Shown here: positions 12,842-25,410 of the stretch, piece by piece
How positions within the stretch are numbered: the first letter of the stretch is position 1
How the letters are laid out: each line of letters opens with the position of its first letter
NCBI RefSeq assembly: GCF_018350175.1
Contig: NC_058383.1
Span: 6,822,001 to 6,886,000 of the forward strand
Origin: Felis catus
Lineage: Eukaryota
DNA length: 64,000 nt
Direction: 5' to 3'
The notes under the pieces: generated by a model
What the model saw: the letters and a program-made list of their open reading frames with translations, nothing else
Database searches by the model: none
Told to the model about the DNA's origin: nothing
Translations under genes and position numbers: made by a program

Positions 12842-13706
12842 GGATGCACCTTTTTTACGAAAGGAAGGTGCTGGAAGGTGTAGGACCTTTCAGGATCGCC
12901 AAGTGGAGGGAGATCCCATTGGAGGATGCATTCGTCTTTCCTCACTGAAGGGCTTTGAGGAGGGAGTGGTAAAGTGATAGGGTGCAGAAAGGCACTTTGA
13001 CCCATTTTCTTTCCATTTGTTGTCAAACAAAAGCAAGGCAATGCCTGATTTATTTGGAGTTTCCAGAGAGCACAGCTCCTCACGTCTCTTATCCAAGTGG
13101 TGCAAACTGTTTTTTTACTGTCTTTTGGGAAATTATATCCTGAACTTCAGTTCAGGTTGAAGTTTTTCTCCTTCATTGGGATGTCATATACGCCTCTCGA
13201 GCAAGTCTGACAGAGTTTTGTCCCATGTTGTCAAGTTACACCTCATTGTGATGAGGGCTGTATCGACCTGCAAAATCATTAGTTCAGACTCTGCCTTTCT
13301 TCTTTTCCATTTAACAAGTATTTATTGAACAGCTACTGTGTCTGGTGCTGGGAGCACAGTGGTGAATGAGGCACATGAGCTGTGAGCCTCCCGGAACTGG
13401 TGATTTAGCAGTGGGAACACACACAGAACCATTAATAGCTCCAGACATTCTAAGTTATGTTTGTGGTACGTGCTGTTTGAGAGGGTAGTCTTCTGGTGCT
13501 CACTCATTCTGCCCTGCCACTCAGGTGCTGGATCTTCCCCTCCCTAGTTAGGATCTCTCAGGCAGCCTTGTTTATTTTACTTTATTTTTACCCCCTTTGT
13601 CTCTGTAACAGCATACCCTCATTTGTATAGTTTCCCCATTATTCCTTGTACTGTAACAACTATCCACCCATCCAATAGGAAATTAATATTTTGCTATTGA
13701 TTACCG

Positions 13707-13766
13707 AATAAACATGAAAGTATTTTAAAAAGTGTTCAGTTCTATATAAAGATCTAATTAAATAAA
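13707..13766 (+). terminator. Candidate ZSCAN25 polyadenylation signals
   Basis: AATAAA at 13707-13712 and 13761-13766, about 0.9 kb after the stop codon, followed by GT/T-rich sequence. Confidence 0.45.
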
Positions 13767-15239
13767 TCTGAAAGATGAACTATTATTAATACAGTGTATT
13801 TGATGGCATTTTATAGCATATAAGATGCTTTTTTTTCTATTTTCACTTTATCATTCCACACATATTTATTGAGGCCCAACAGTGTGCCAGGAACTCTTAG
13901 GTGCTTGCCATATATCAGTAAATAAAATGGGAAAAGTCCCTGACCTCGTAGAGCCTACATTTTAGTGAATATATTTGATCTTCAGAACCTCCTAAGGTGG
14001 AACCCATGGGTACTCCCATAAACTCTCTGGACCTGGGATCTGAGCCTTTGTCCTTGGTCCTTGTCAGTGTCTTGCCTTGAAATGCATTCGCCACCTACCT
14101 CTTGCTACCGGATAGTCTCTGTCAATACATCTAGATCCTTGTCATCTGAGAGGCTCTCAGTTGCCAACTGGGACTGATGAGGTGGTAGTGATGTGTTTTA
14201 CTAAGTGCCGATTCAGGCAAAATAGAGATGTTTGTAGGCATTTAAAAATACTTAATGAGAAGATACAGTATTTGTACTGTTTACACTTTATTTTGCCATC
14301 ACTAAAAGGTTTCCTTTCTGTTTAAAATTCTGTTTAAAATATCTGTGTAATGAGCATGGACTACAATGCAGTGTTGTTGTAGTGCTAGGCTTTCAAATGC
14401 TGGATGATGGGTGAGTTTGTCTTTTGTTGACATGGTACTATAATTATAAGATGTGATTTGTTTTGTGGTGCCTTTTAATGTTAGATTTTTTTACTCTAAG
14501 GTTTTTTTCCTCCCCATTTTTTATTGTAAATCAGATAAATGATGACTTCAACACAGTTGTATTACTCAGTCTACTTTGAAACACATTATTTTATTACATA
14601 TTTCTTAGATAACTATGGTAGATAGTCATGATGTTTAATTTTGATTTAGCAGATGATTTCCTGGCCTCTCCACTGTCTCCATGAGCCTCTAGTAGCCAGG
14701 CCATAAATATATCTGAGATGTCATCCACTATCTGAGACACTAGGCTGCTTCTCCTTAGCAGTGTTATGATCCAGATGCAGAATCAGCTCTTTTTTCCCCA
14801 CTTCCCAGACAAGCTTCGCAAAGCTTGTAGCCAGCTAGCAGCCAAACCCAGGGAAAGGCTTTTCATGAGTCTCTGGCTTCTGGTCTGTAGGACCTGGGGG
14901 CTGACCTGGCTTGAGCTTGGCCTTCTCTAGGAGGTCCATATTCCAAAGCTAGGTGAGGAGTGTTGGGCCACTACAGGCTGGGAGTTGCTCATCAGTGGTC
15001 TTCCTGTTTACCTGAATTAAATGGTTAGATTCTTTTTGATAATATGCATAGCCAAATAGGACTGTGGGTTTTCAGCCAATTGGAATCCCTTCAGAGAAAC
15101 TCAGGAGCCAGGTCTTGCTTTTTTTCTTGGGCGCCTGTATCTGCTTTGAGACCAAAGTTCATGGATGATGCCTCAAACAGCCTCAAAAATTTTTTTCCAT
15201 GGAATTTTAGTAGCATGTATTTTTGTTATGTATTCAAAT

Positions 15240-16500
15240 GTTAAATATTTTTCTGTATTTTTCTATTTAGAGATTTTTTTATAATAGAAAATTTCAGACA
15301 TATATAATGAATCCCCATGTATTCATTATTTGGCTTTACCCATTGTAAACTCCTAGCCGATCTTGTTTTATGTCTATACTCTTTTCCCTGTCTTCCTACC
15401 CTACTGAAGTATTTCAAAACAGCTCCCAAATACTGTCTATAAATATTTCAGTGTGTACCTCTGAAAGATAAGAACTCCTTGAGGGACGCCTGGGTGGCTC
15501 AGTCAGTTAAGTGTCCAACTCTTGATTTTGGCTCAGGTCATGATCTCACAATTTGTGAGATCAAGCCCCGCGTTGAGCTCTGTGTTGGCAGCGTAGGGCC
15601 TGCTTGGGACTCTCTCTTTTCCTCTTTCTCCTGTCTCTCTCTGCTCTTTCCCTGCTCGCACTTGCTCTCTCAAAATAAACTCTTTGCAAAAGAAAACCCA
15701 CAATACTATTATCATACCAATAAAAATAATTTCATAATTTGCAATTAATGTTTTCTTAAAAAGCACATACTTTTAAAAAGTTTATTTGAATTAGGATCTA
15801 AATAAGATGCATAAATTGTAATTGGTTGCTTTGTCTTCTAAGTCTTACAATGTATAATTCCTATTTTTTCTCTTGAAATTCATTCATGGAAGCAACTGCA
15901 TTATTTATTTATCCTGTAGAATTTCTTGTCTTTGAATTTTGCTGTTTGCATACCCATGACGTTATTTAATATGTTTTTTTGCCCTCTGTATTAACCAAAA
16001 ACTTAAAGGAATAACCAAATTCATTTCTTGTATTTTGGCAAGAACACATTATAGATGATGGCATGTCTGGTTGTTTCTCTCTGATGTTAGGATCCTAGAT
16101 GTATTTATTTCATAAATTCTATAAATGATTCATTTATTAGCTGGAATGCTTCTGTCAGAAATTTTCCCTCATTAACCATTAGGTTTCTTAGATAGAGTTC
16201 ACAGGAAAGGAAATGCTTGATTCGTCCTTTTGCCTGTTTTCACAATAATGATCTGGTTGCTTTGTTTTCTGTAATTGTGATCAGGTATTTTTTCAATCAG
16301 AATACATTCATGGATTTTGGATTTACAGCCAGTCCACTGTACTTCTTGATGCTCAGATCATTTCACTTTTGGTCATCGGGAGCCTTTTCAACTTGCTTCC
16401 TGATTCCTTTTGACATAACTCTAGTCATCTTTGATAGCTTCTTTATTTTCTGATAGGACAGGATGTTGCAAACTCCTCTTGTACATTTCCTGCTCCCTTT
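15240..16500 (-). mobile_element. Old L1M 3' fragment with a + strand SINEC at 15482-15680
   Basis: AT-rich L1MC/ME-like 3'UTR phrases; SINE head gggacgcctgggtggctcagtc. Confidence 0.55.
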
Positions 16501-16915
16501 GAGAGTGAAGAGAAGTGCTATTAATTATGCCAGGACAATATGGTAAAGTGGGACTCCAGGACAGATGGGGATATTTGGTCACCTTATATACAGCCCTCAT
16601 TGTGTGTGATTGGGTGTCTGTGGTTTCTTCACCCAACTATAATGTTGGGCACTTTCAGGGCTGGCAGGTAGTGTGTCCCATGCTGCTGTGATAATGAAGA
16701 GTGCCGCTCCAAGGGGTATGACCTTTGTAAGAGAAACCCCTTTTTATACCTTGGGTGGTGACTTTCTGCCCAAGGTCTGTCCTGGGGAGCTATTGCATTA
16801 AACATTTGCTTTTCAAAATGTATGCCATGAATGTTATCAGCAGCCTGATTAACTATATTTCAGTACTTTCAGGTCCTCTTTTATTCCAGCCTAGGGGCAA
16901 TTTGAAGAGCCCTTC

Positions 16916-17506
16916 TTTTTTTTTTTTTTTTTTAATTTTTTTTTTCAACGTTTATTTATTTTTGGGACAGAGAGAGACAGAGCATGAACGGGGGAGGGGC
17001 AGAGAGAGAGGGAGACACAGAATCGGAAACAGGCTCCAGGCTCTGAGCCATCAGCCCAGAGCCTGACGTGGGGCTCGAACTCCCGGACCGCGAGATCGTG
17101 ACCTGGCTGAAGTCGGACGCTTAACCGACTGCGCCACCCAGGCGCCCCGAAGAGCCCTTGTTTCTTAAAAAGTAAGTTGGTTTCAAGTTCATCATGCAAC
17201 ACAGGCTGACTTTATCTACTTCTGAGTTGAGGAAAGTAACTATCAGGAACATGTTTCTCTAGAGTCTACTTGCCCTTTTATTTTTTTATTTGTATTCTAT
17301 TTTTAATTTTTTTTTAAGTTTATTTATTTTGAGAGAGAGAGTGTACATGAACGAGCATGTGAGTGGGGGAGTGGCAGAGAGGGGGACTGAGAGAATCCCA
17401 ACCAGGCTCCACACTGGCATTACAGGGCTGATATGAAATTCAAGATCATGACCTGAAATAAAATCAAGAGTTGGATGCTTAACTGACTGAGCCATCCAGG
17501 AGCCCT
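16916..17506 (-). mobile_element. Young SINEC_Fc (16916-17147) and older SINEC (~17305-17506)
   Basis: The first is nearly identical to the copies at 11430, 26975, 31291 and 54595; TSD gaagagccctt. Confidence 0.9.
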
Positions 17507-17529
17507 GCTACTTGTTCTTTTACAATTTA

Positions 17530-17725
17530 GCCAGTTTCTCAGCCTCTGCACTACTAATATTTTGTGCCAGGTAGTTCTTTGTTTTGGAGGCTGTCCTGGC
17601 TGTTTTGTGCATCAACCTACTACATGCTAGTAACACTCCCCAATCATAACAACTAAGGAGGTTTCCAGACATTTCCAAATGTCCCCTGGGTGGCAAAATT
17701 GACCCTTGCTGAGAATCACTGCTTG
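17530..17725. mobile_element. MER20-like hAT DNA transposon
   Basis: cagtttctcagcctc...ccagacatttccaaatgtcccctggg..gcaaaatt...tgagaatcactg, with inverted termini. Confidence 0.7.
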
Positions 17726-19369
17726 TAACATTCAGGATAATTGCTGTTGCGAATTAGATGCTTTGTTTTTTTTCTAATTTAAATTTTAGCCAACATAGAA
17801 TGCAATATTGATTTCAGGAGTAGAATTTATTGATTCATCACTTAGAGCATGCAGTGCTCATTACAACTGCTCTTCTTAAGTACCCATCATTCATCTAGCT
17901 CATTCCCCCCCCCCTGCCCCCCCCCCCATTAACCCTCAGTTTGTTCTCTATCTTGTTAAGTAGTTGGTTTAGTTAGTGAAAGAAAGGACTGGCATTTCAA
18001 GGACTAGAGCTATTTCCTGCTAAGCTTAATACCCCAGCCTAACTTTCTAGAGAACAAAGTTTTACTAGAGATCACTGGGATTAAATGTAGTATTGCCATG
18101 TAGAGCCAAGAGCTATTGAGATAGAATCTCAGGATAGAGGCCTGGAAACTCTAAAACCTAGGTGGTTTCTATGCAGGCAACCTGGCTTATTGCTTTGGGT
18201 TCTTTTCAGGCAAGCACCTGCCACAGAGCCTCTATATCACAGAGAACTTTTGCTTGGGGCCTAGATTTGCCTTTCCCAGTAAATGCATGTGTGTAGTGGG
18301 GGCCACTTAAACTCAATGCAGCCAATGCCAGCCTTTTTTCCTTCATAATAAGGTCTTCAAGGCACACAGTAGACAGTAAATATTTCAATGAAAGGTCTGG
18401 ATTTCTGCCTTTTTTAGTAGCTAGAATGGTCATAAGAGTGCCTGAGGAAGAAACATGACATCACATTGCCCCTAGTGGCCCTTCTGATGTGGCTGACATC
18501 TCTAGCTGTTGTGCTACCAACTGCAGTCACATCTAATTCACTTAGAAATGCCATAAGCCAAAGAAATTCACTGGGGCTTCCTACAATTTTGTATTCCTAT
18601 CTTATTTTTTCCCTTTTATCTCAGTTTCTGAAGGACACATTTCTAAAGATTTATCATGTCCAACCTATCCCCAGTATTGACACATTTCAATAAAAAATTT
18701 CAGTAAAAATTTGTTCACGACAGGGAGGGCGGGCAACGTTCTCCCTTGTGTTTGTTGCTGGGAATCTGAACTGCTAAGAGTGAGGATGGAGAGGGTTGGG
18801 TAAGGCAGGTGTTGTCCCTTGATAAACAGAGGGACTTGGGAGGAGCAATTCCAGTTTCCTGGAAGGGTGAATGGGCTCCAGTAGAATGGCTGCCATTGCT
18901 GCCACATGCTGTAGCCATAGCTCTGTCATCTGAGTGGCCAGAGACCAGGAAATGGCCGTACTCCCAAGAGCTCACCTCATATGTTTCCCTTCCTTAGTAA
19001 AAACCATAATCTCTGGAAAAGGTAGTAGATTAACCTTTAGATAGATTGGAAACTAAGAGGTGGCACGAGTCTATACCTTGTGACTCCCACCTCTGGTAGC
19101 TATTTGAGTATTATGTTATCTCTGTGTCTGTGAAACAGTTGAGGAAAATCTGATCTACATCACCTAGAGATTTCATTGACTCCTGCAAAAGCTCAGCCTG
19201 TTGTATGAACAGGAAAAGTACAATGAACAATAAGTGGTTTCTCATCAAGAGCCAGTCTTCTTACTAGGTTTCTCCAGTCTTTAAGGGTTCCTGCTGCCTG
19301 AACTGAGGTGCTAATGGAAGGACTGGAAAGTAAGAGATGGAAAAAATCCCAGCAGTTAAAACAGTGTGG

Positions 19370-20870
19370 AACTCATTCGTAAATAGACAAATGGAATAGC
19401 AGGAAAGGTTGAGAAATAGCCCTGGCTCTGTACTGAAGAGGTTAATTTTTTAAAAAGTCACATTGGTATAATTGGATAGCTATTTGGAGAAAGATAAAAA
19501 TAGACCCACTTCTCACATCATATCCAAGAGTGAACTCCAGATGTATCAGGGATGTAACTAAAAAATGAAACTACCCAAGTACCAGAAGACACTGCGGATG
19601 AATTCCTCTAAAACATGGGTTCAGGGAAAAGGCTTTAAAACTATGGCTTAAAATCCAGATGCACTAAAAGAAAAGATTGGTGCATTCCTACATAAAAATT
19701 TTGAGAACTTCTGAATGGCAAAAACCATAAGCAAAGACAAATGACAAGTTGGGAGAAAATACTTGCAACATAACGCAAAGTTCCAGTATTTCTAATATAT
19801 GAAGAACTTTGTAAAAAAAAAAAATGAGTTAACCCCCCAAACAAAACAACCCCACTGAAAAATTGATAAACTAGAGATCACAAAAAAAGATACCGAAATG
19901 GCTATTAATGATATAAAAAGATGTTCACCTTCGCTCAAAATAAACTCCAATTAAAACTGCACTGACTGAGAGATTTATTTTCCATCACATTGGCCAAAAT
20001 TCCAAAGCTTGACAATACACACTATTGATGAGTTTGTGGGGAAACAAACAGGAATTCTTACCCATTGCTAGCAGAATGCAAAATAGTGCAGCCTCATGTG
20101 GAGGAGAATTTAGTAATAGCTAACAAAATTATGGATGAATTTACTGTAAAGCTATCCCTCTAACAATATGAAAATACACATGCACAACATTATTCATTAC
20201 AGCATTCTTACTGCAAAAAATACTGGAAGCTGCATAAATATCCAAGATAGGTGATTGAAAAAATTATGACACATCCACACAATGTAGTATTGTGCAAATT
20301 TTAAAAACATTATGGGGCACCTAGGTCGCTCAGTCAGTTAAGCATCTGATTCTTGGTGTCGGCTCAGGTTATGATCTCATAGTTTGTGAGTTCAAGCCCC
20401 ACATTGGGCTCTGCGCTGGCAGCATGGAGCCTCTCTTTCCCTCTCTCTCTGCCCCTCCTCCGCTCCCACTGTCTCTGTCTCTCTCAAGATAAATAAATAC
20501 ACTTTAAAAAAGTAAAAAACATTGGGTCAGTTTTCACAATTGGAATATGAATCTGCTTAGGTAGAATCATATCAATGTTAAATGTACTAATGTTGATAAT
20601 TGTGTTGTGGTTATGTAAGAGAATATCCCTGTTCTTAGGAAATACACACTGAAAATTTTAAGGATAAAGGACCATTGTGTATATGTGAGGAGGGGGAGGA
20701 AGGAGGAAGAAGAGGGAAGAAAAGAAGCAAGGGAAAAATGTTAAGGATAAGTTAATCCAGGTAAAGGGATATATGGATACGTTGTACTATTGTCATTGTA
20801 ACTTTTATGTAATTATTGAAAATTCTTGAAATTATTTTATTATAAAAATTTCAAGTGTTAAAAAAAAAGA
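19370..20870 (+). mobile_element. Old L1M 3' fragment with a SINEC at ~20314-20512
   Basis: Degenerate ORF2-end/3'UTR phrases and an A-rich end at ~20860. Confidence 0.65.
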
Positions 20871-22343
20871 AGAACTAACATCATTTACTACTTCTGACCA
20901 TGGGAGGAAAAGGGTCCCACGTACTTGTCCAATGATAATGGCCCTAAAGTGGGAGCAAGAGGGTGGCACAGCATATAGCTCACAAGATACACCAATTTAA
21001 TCATACCTCATCTTGCTCAAGAGCTGCAGATTCATTCCCACATTTTTTTCACTGTGCATGGTGGGCCAAGCCTCCTTCATGCAGTGAATGAAGCTGGTGT
21101 GGCAGCTTTCTTTTCGGTGTCTTCATCCATATTCTTGTTTTTGTGTAGGTGTACTCACAAAATACTTTCCATTCAGCCTTTAGACCGGTCATTTGCTTCA
21201 GGCCTTGTGACCTCTACAGGTGCTTTCAGCCACATTATACCTCCTGCCACAAATTAGGGATCATCTTCCCCAAACCTGCTGGCTTTAGCCCATTGCTTCA
21301 GGGAGCATCTTTGGTCATTAATGCACGCTCTGGTTGATACATACATACAGGTATCCCTGTGGGCATTCAATCTCACAGTGTTTTGGAATTATTTCATAAT
21401 TTGTAATTTATTTGGTGCTTATGACAGACCTCTATGACAGTACAAAACTGATGGTCAAATAAATGAAATCTGGAGGGTTAACTGGTTTGAACAGCAATGA
21501 GTTAAAAGGGAAGAGTAAGCCTCATTGTAGAATTGTTGAATATGAAATAACAGAAGGGTTGTTAGATGTTGGGAACTGGTCTTTAGAAGGCAGGTCAGGG
21601 TTGAAAGCCTAGTTTTTTGGTGTGTTTTGTTTTGTTTTTTTTTAGAGTCAGTGGGTATGCCAGAAATTAGGCTTTCTGGGTGCCTATCACACACCCCTAG
21701 TATGTGATAGAGTTTACCTACCATCCAGTGACCCTGGGTATACATCTGGAAGCTCCCCCAATGCCAAGCCTTAGCAAACTTTGCAGGACCTCAGCTCCAG
21801 CCCACATCTAGTATCTTTACGCACGTTAGATCAGCAAGAGCTGTTATGCCTAGAGACCCATAACATTCCAGTGTCCTCACTGGTCCCTGACTGCTCTGTC
21901 ACCCCCTACTCCAAATGTGACCCTGATGCCTCTCTGGTAAATCCTACCTGGCTCTGATCATACCTCTACCTTGAAGTACTTTATACTTCAGGAAACTCAG
22001 GGAAGGGGAGTAGTGGGACATGTAACTGGATTGTGTGGGGTTGGACTTTAGATCATTTTCTCATAGAATAATGGCATCTGACTCAAAAGATCCAGTGTAT
22101 TAGATCTAGAAGTTAGTGATCCAACTCCACTGTCTAAGAACTTTCCCTTGCTTTCCACGCTACTGCAGAGGATACTGCTGCCTCTGGGTGGTAGTCAACA
22201 CTCAGTAAATCCAGCTATGTCAGCTTGCTCGGGTGTATTCACATCCTTGCTAGTGGTGGAGTTAGCAAGTCTTTGTCATACTTTGTGCTCAAGGTGAAAA
22301 CTGTCCTTAGGATAGTCCAGATTAGAGGTTTTGTTCTTTATGC

Positions 22344-22693
22344 TGTTAAGTTAATTAAAAAAGGAGGCCATTAATTTGACTGAGGTAGTTCTAATGCCTT
22401 GGCAGCCTACATAAGCAACCCAAAACCTAAGTCTGTAAATGCCTCAAGGTTAAGAAATCAAAACATAAGGACAAACAGTCACAAACAGCCAACTGGGCTT
22501 TCTCATACAAGACAAATGTAAGCCCTAGCCAATCAAATGGTTTCCTTGCTTTGCTTCCTATCCTTTTACATGTCATGCCACTACCTCCTGTGGATAGAGT
22601 GCTGCTAACCACTTCTGGTTTGATACTGCCTGATGGGACTCAGTTTTTGCTCAGACTTAACAATTTAAAAACGCTTCAGGTTATCTTTTAACA
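22344..22693. mobile_element. Solo ERV LTR (~350 bp)
   Basis: TGTTAA...TTAACA termini, 4-bp atgc/gtgc flanks and an internal CCAAT box. Confidence 0.65.
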
Positions 22694-22761
22694 GTGCTTT
22701 TCAACAGAGATTCTCAAATTATTATCTGAAGACCACTTGACATCAAAATCACCTGGGGAAC

Positions 22762-22978
22762 TTTTTTTTTTTTTTTTAACATTTATTCATTTTTGAGAGA
22801 GAGATACAGAGCATGAGTGGGGAAGGGGCAGAGTGAGAGGGAGACATAGAATCAGAAGCAGGCTCCAGGCCCTGAGCTGTCAGCACAGAGCCTGACACGG
22901 GGCTCAAACTCACAGACTGCGAGATCATGACCTGAGCCGAAGTCGGACATTTAACTGACTGAACCACCCAGGTGCCCC
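22762..22978 (-). mobile_element. SINEC inserted in a MER5-like relic
   Basis: Can-SINE structure; TSD tggggaacttt/tgggaaacttt. Confidence 0.85.
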
Positions 22979-23914
22979 TTGGGAAACTTTTAAAAACTGT
23001 ATTTGTGGATGGACTGGTGGTCCAAAGGGACCTAAGAATCTTCATTTTACCCAACTCCTCAGATGATAATAATGCACATAAATTTTAAGAATGGTAGCTC
23101 CATTGAGTAGAACACTGTGGCTTCACCAGAGCGCTCATTCAAACATTGGAACAGATCCTCAAGTTTACTCCCACCAGCCCAGAGCAAGTATAAGATGGCT
23201 CTAGGAAGGAACAGCAACGCATGACCTTCCATAGCAAAATGTTACTGTACTCCTCTCAGGTTGTAGCCATAACACACAAATTTCTTCAACAATACAGGAC
23301 AGTTACATCCTGATCTCCCACTAGCAAAGTACTTTGTGAACTAACAGAACCAAATCTGTAAGTCGTTCTGAGATCTGTGTTGGTAAAAGATCTTTAACAG
23401 TATTCTTTTAAGTAAACTCTTTGTTCTGTATAACTATAGAGGAGGATTCAGAGTGCATTGAGGGCATTGATGGCGAGACCACTGAAATGATACAGGAGAG
23501 TTTGAGAAAGAGCACAGCTTCTGTGACTGAGAATCAGTCCTCATCCAGAAGGTGAGTTCAATAGTAGACTGGATTCTAGATCAAGAAAAAAAAAAAAAAA
23601 GCCTTCCCTTTTGTTTTTTTTTTTGAATGACGTGTTGTTTCCTCTTATTTTACCTTGACTTCTTAGTAAAATATCTTAAGATGTAATCCTTTTGTGTCTG
23701 ACTAAAGTGATGTCTTGATTTGTTGAAGGAAAAAGAAGATAAGGGGGAGGAAGATAAGGGAGGGGAAGACTAAGTGCAGGGCCATTTGTAGATTTGGCTG
23801 TCACTTTGTTGGAAGAAGCCTTCACAAAGGACGCATGTCCTTTATTATGTAGAGGTAGCAAAAATAATTCTCCTTATCTTTCTCATTCCACTGGATCAAA
23901 ATTTTCTCAGTATT

Positions 23915-24147
23915 TTGTTATTTTATTTTATTTTATTTTATTTTATTTTATTTTATTTTATTTTATTTTATTTTATTTTATTTTATTTACTTTCCAGTGT
24001 AGTTTCAGGTGTACAATTTAGTGATTCAACTATTCCATACAAAAATACAAAATGTTTCACAAATTTGCATGTTATCCTTGTGCAGAGGCCATGCTAATCT
24101 TCTCTGTATGGTCCCAATTTTAGTATAAGTGCTGTCAAAGTGAGCAC
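23915..24147 (-). pseudogene. RNU6: U6 snRNA / L1 3'-end chimeric retrocopy
   Basis: 24041-24147 is the reverse complement of full-length U6 (GTGCTCACTTTGACAGCACTTATACTAAAATTGGGACCATACAGAGAAGATTAGCATGGCCTCTGCACAAGG...TTTTT). It is joined to about 50 nt of L1 3' terminus and an (AAAAT)n tail. Confidence 0.92.
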
Positions 24148-24442
24148 TCTTTTCAGTTTTAATATCTATTTCCTTACCACCCTTCCATCCAAACTGTTCC
24201 AAACCTACTTTGTTTACGTGGAGCTGACTCTAGGTGTCATCTAAGGGGAGATCCATTCCTATACTGTAATTTCTATAGACCATATCATGGTCAGAATAGC
24301 TCCATTCATACAGAACACACTGACATCTCAATATTGGATCTTTATTCAATATGTATTATATTACTGCATTTCATTTTCCTTTCCTAATTTAGTAAGTGTA
24401 GTAGCAAAAACGAAAAAAAAGTAGTAGACTAACCTCAAGCTA

Positions 24443-25410
24443 GGGGCACCTGGGTGGCTCATTTGGTTAAGTGTCTGACTTTGGCTCAGATCATGATCTC
24501 ACCATTTGTGGATATGAGCCCTGTGTCAGGCTCTGTGCTGACAGCTCAGAGCCTGGAGCCTGCTTCTGATTCTATGACTCCCTCTCTCTCTGCCCCTCCC
24601 TGGCTCAGCTTGTGCTCTGTCTCTCTCTGTCTCTAAAACATAAATAAACATTAAAAAAGTTTTTTTAGAATAGCCTCAGGCTACAGACAGATAGAAAGAC
24701 ATGCAACTTTTCACCGAAGACGTTTAATAGAGATTTCAAGGTTTGTTTGTTTGTTTTTATCTCTTAGTTTGAGTGTGGAAAAAATAGAACACTTGTACAC
24801 TGTTGGTGGGAATATGAAAAGCAAAAGTGCTTTGTAAGACAGTATGGCGTCTCCTCAAAAAATTAAAACTCGAGTTACCATATGATGTAGCAATTCCACT
24901 TCTGGGTGTAGACTCCAAAGAATTAAAAACAGGGACTGCCATGTTCATAGCAGTGTTATTCACCATAGTCAAAAGGTGGAGGCAACCCAAGTGTCCATCA
25001 ATGGATGAATGGATAAGCAAAATGTGGTCTTTCCATAAAATGGATTATTCAGCGTTAAAAAAAGGGAGGACATTCTGACATGCTACAGCATGGATGAACC
25101 TTGAAGGCATTGTACTAAGTGAAATAAAAGGACAAGTGCTGTATGATTCCATTTATATGAAGTACCTAGAGTAGTCAAATTCAGAAAGACAGAAAGTAGA
25201 GGAGTGGTTGCCAGGGTCTGGGAGCAGAAGGAATGGGGAGTTGGTGTTTAATGGGTGGAGAGTTTCAGTTTTGCAAAGTGAGGAGTTCTATGGAGGGATG
25301 ATGGTGTGGCTGCACAACAGTGTGAATGTACTGTATGCCACTGAACTGAGCACTTTAAGATGATAAATTTACGTTATATGTATTTTACCACTAAAAAAAA
25401 AAAAAAAGAA
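24443..25410 (+). mobile_element. SINEC (24443-24660) and L1MB-type 3' end (~24770-25410)
   Basis: The L1 piece encodes KTVWRLLKKLKLELPYD...PKCPSMDEWI and ends in poly(A). Confidence 0.85.

Larger units (their letters stand above)
18455..23551 (+). pseudogene. Putative decayed Ig-superfamily type I membrane receptor gene (unitary pseudogene candidate)
   Basis: Ordered exon-like pieces, most with splice signals: hydrophobic signal-like segment, IgV motifs (VLPC...WVRQ...FPGRV...SGKGSRLTF), second Ig start (C-x16-WF), P/S/T-rich exons, TM-like exon and two short downstream exons. Many stops and frameshifts. Confidence 0.45.

Noticed and set aside
12284..12977. 177-aa antisense and 187-aa shifted-frame ORFs over the zinc-finger exon
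   Set aside because: Typical shadow ORFs of repetitive C2H2 coding sequence.
21150..21200. CTHKILSIQPLDRSF resembling a pogo/DDE QPLD motif
   Set aside because: Only a 4-residue match, with no TIRs or other transposase motifs.
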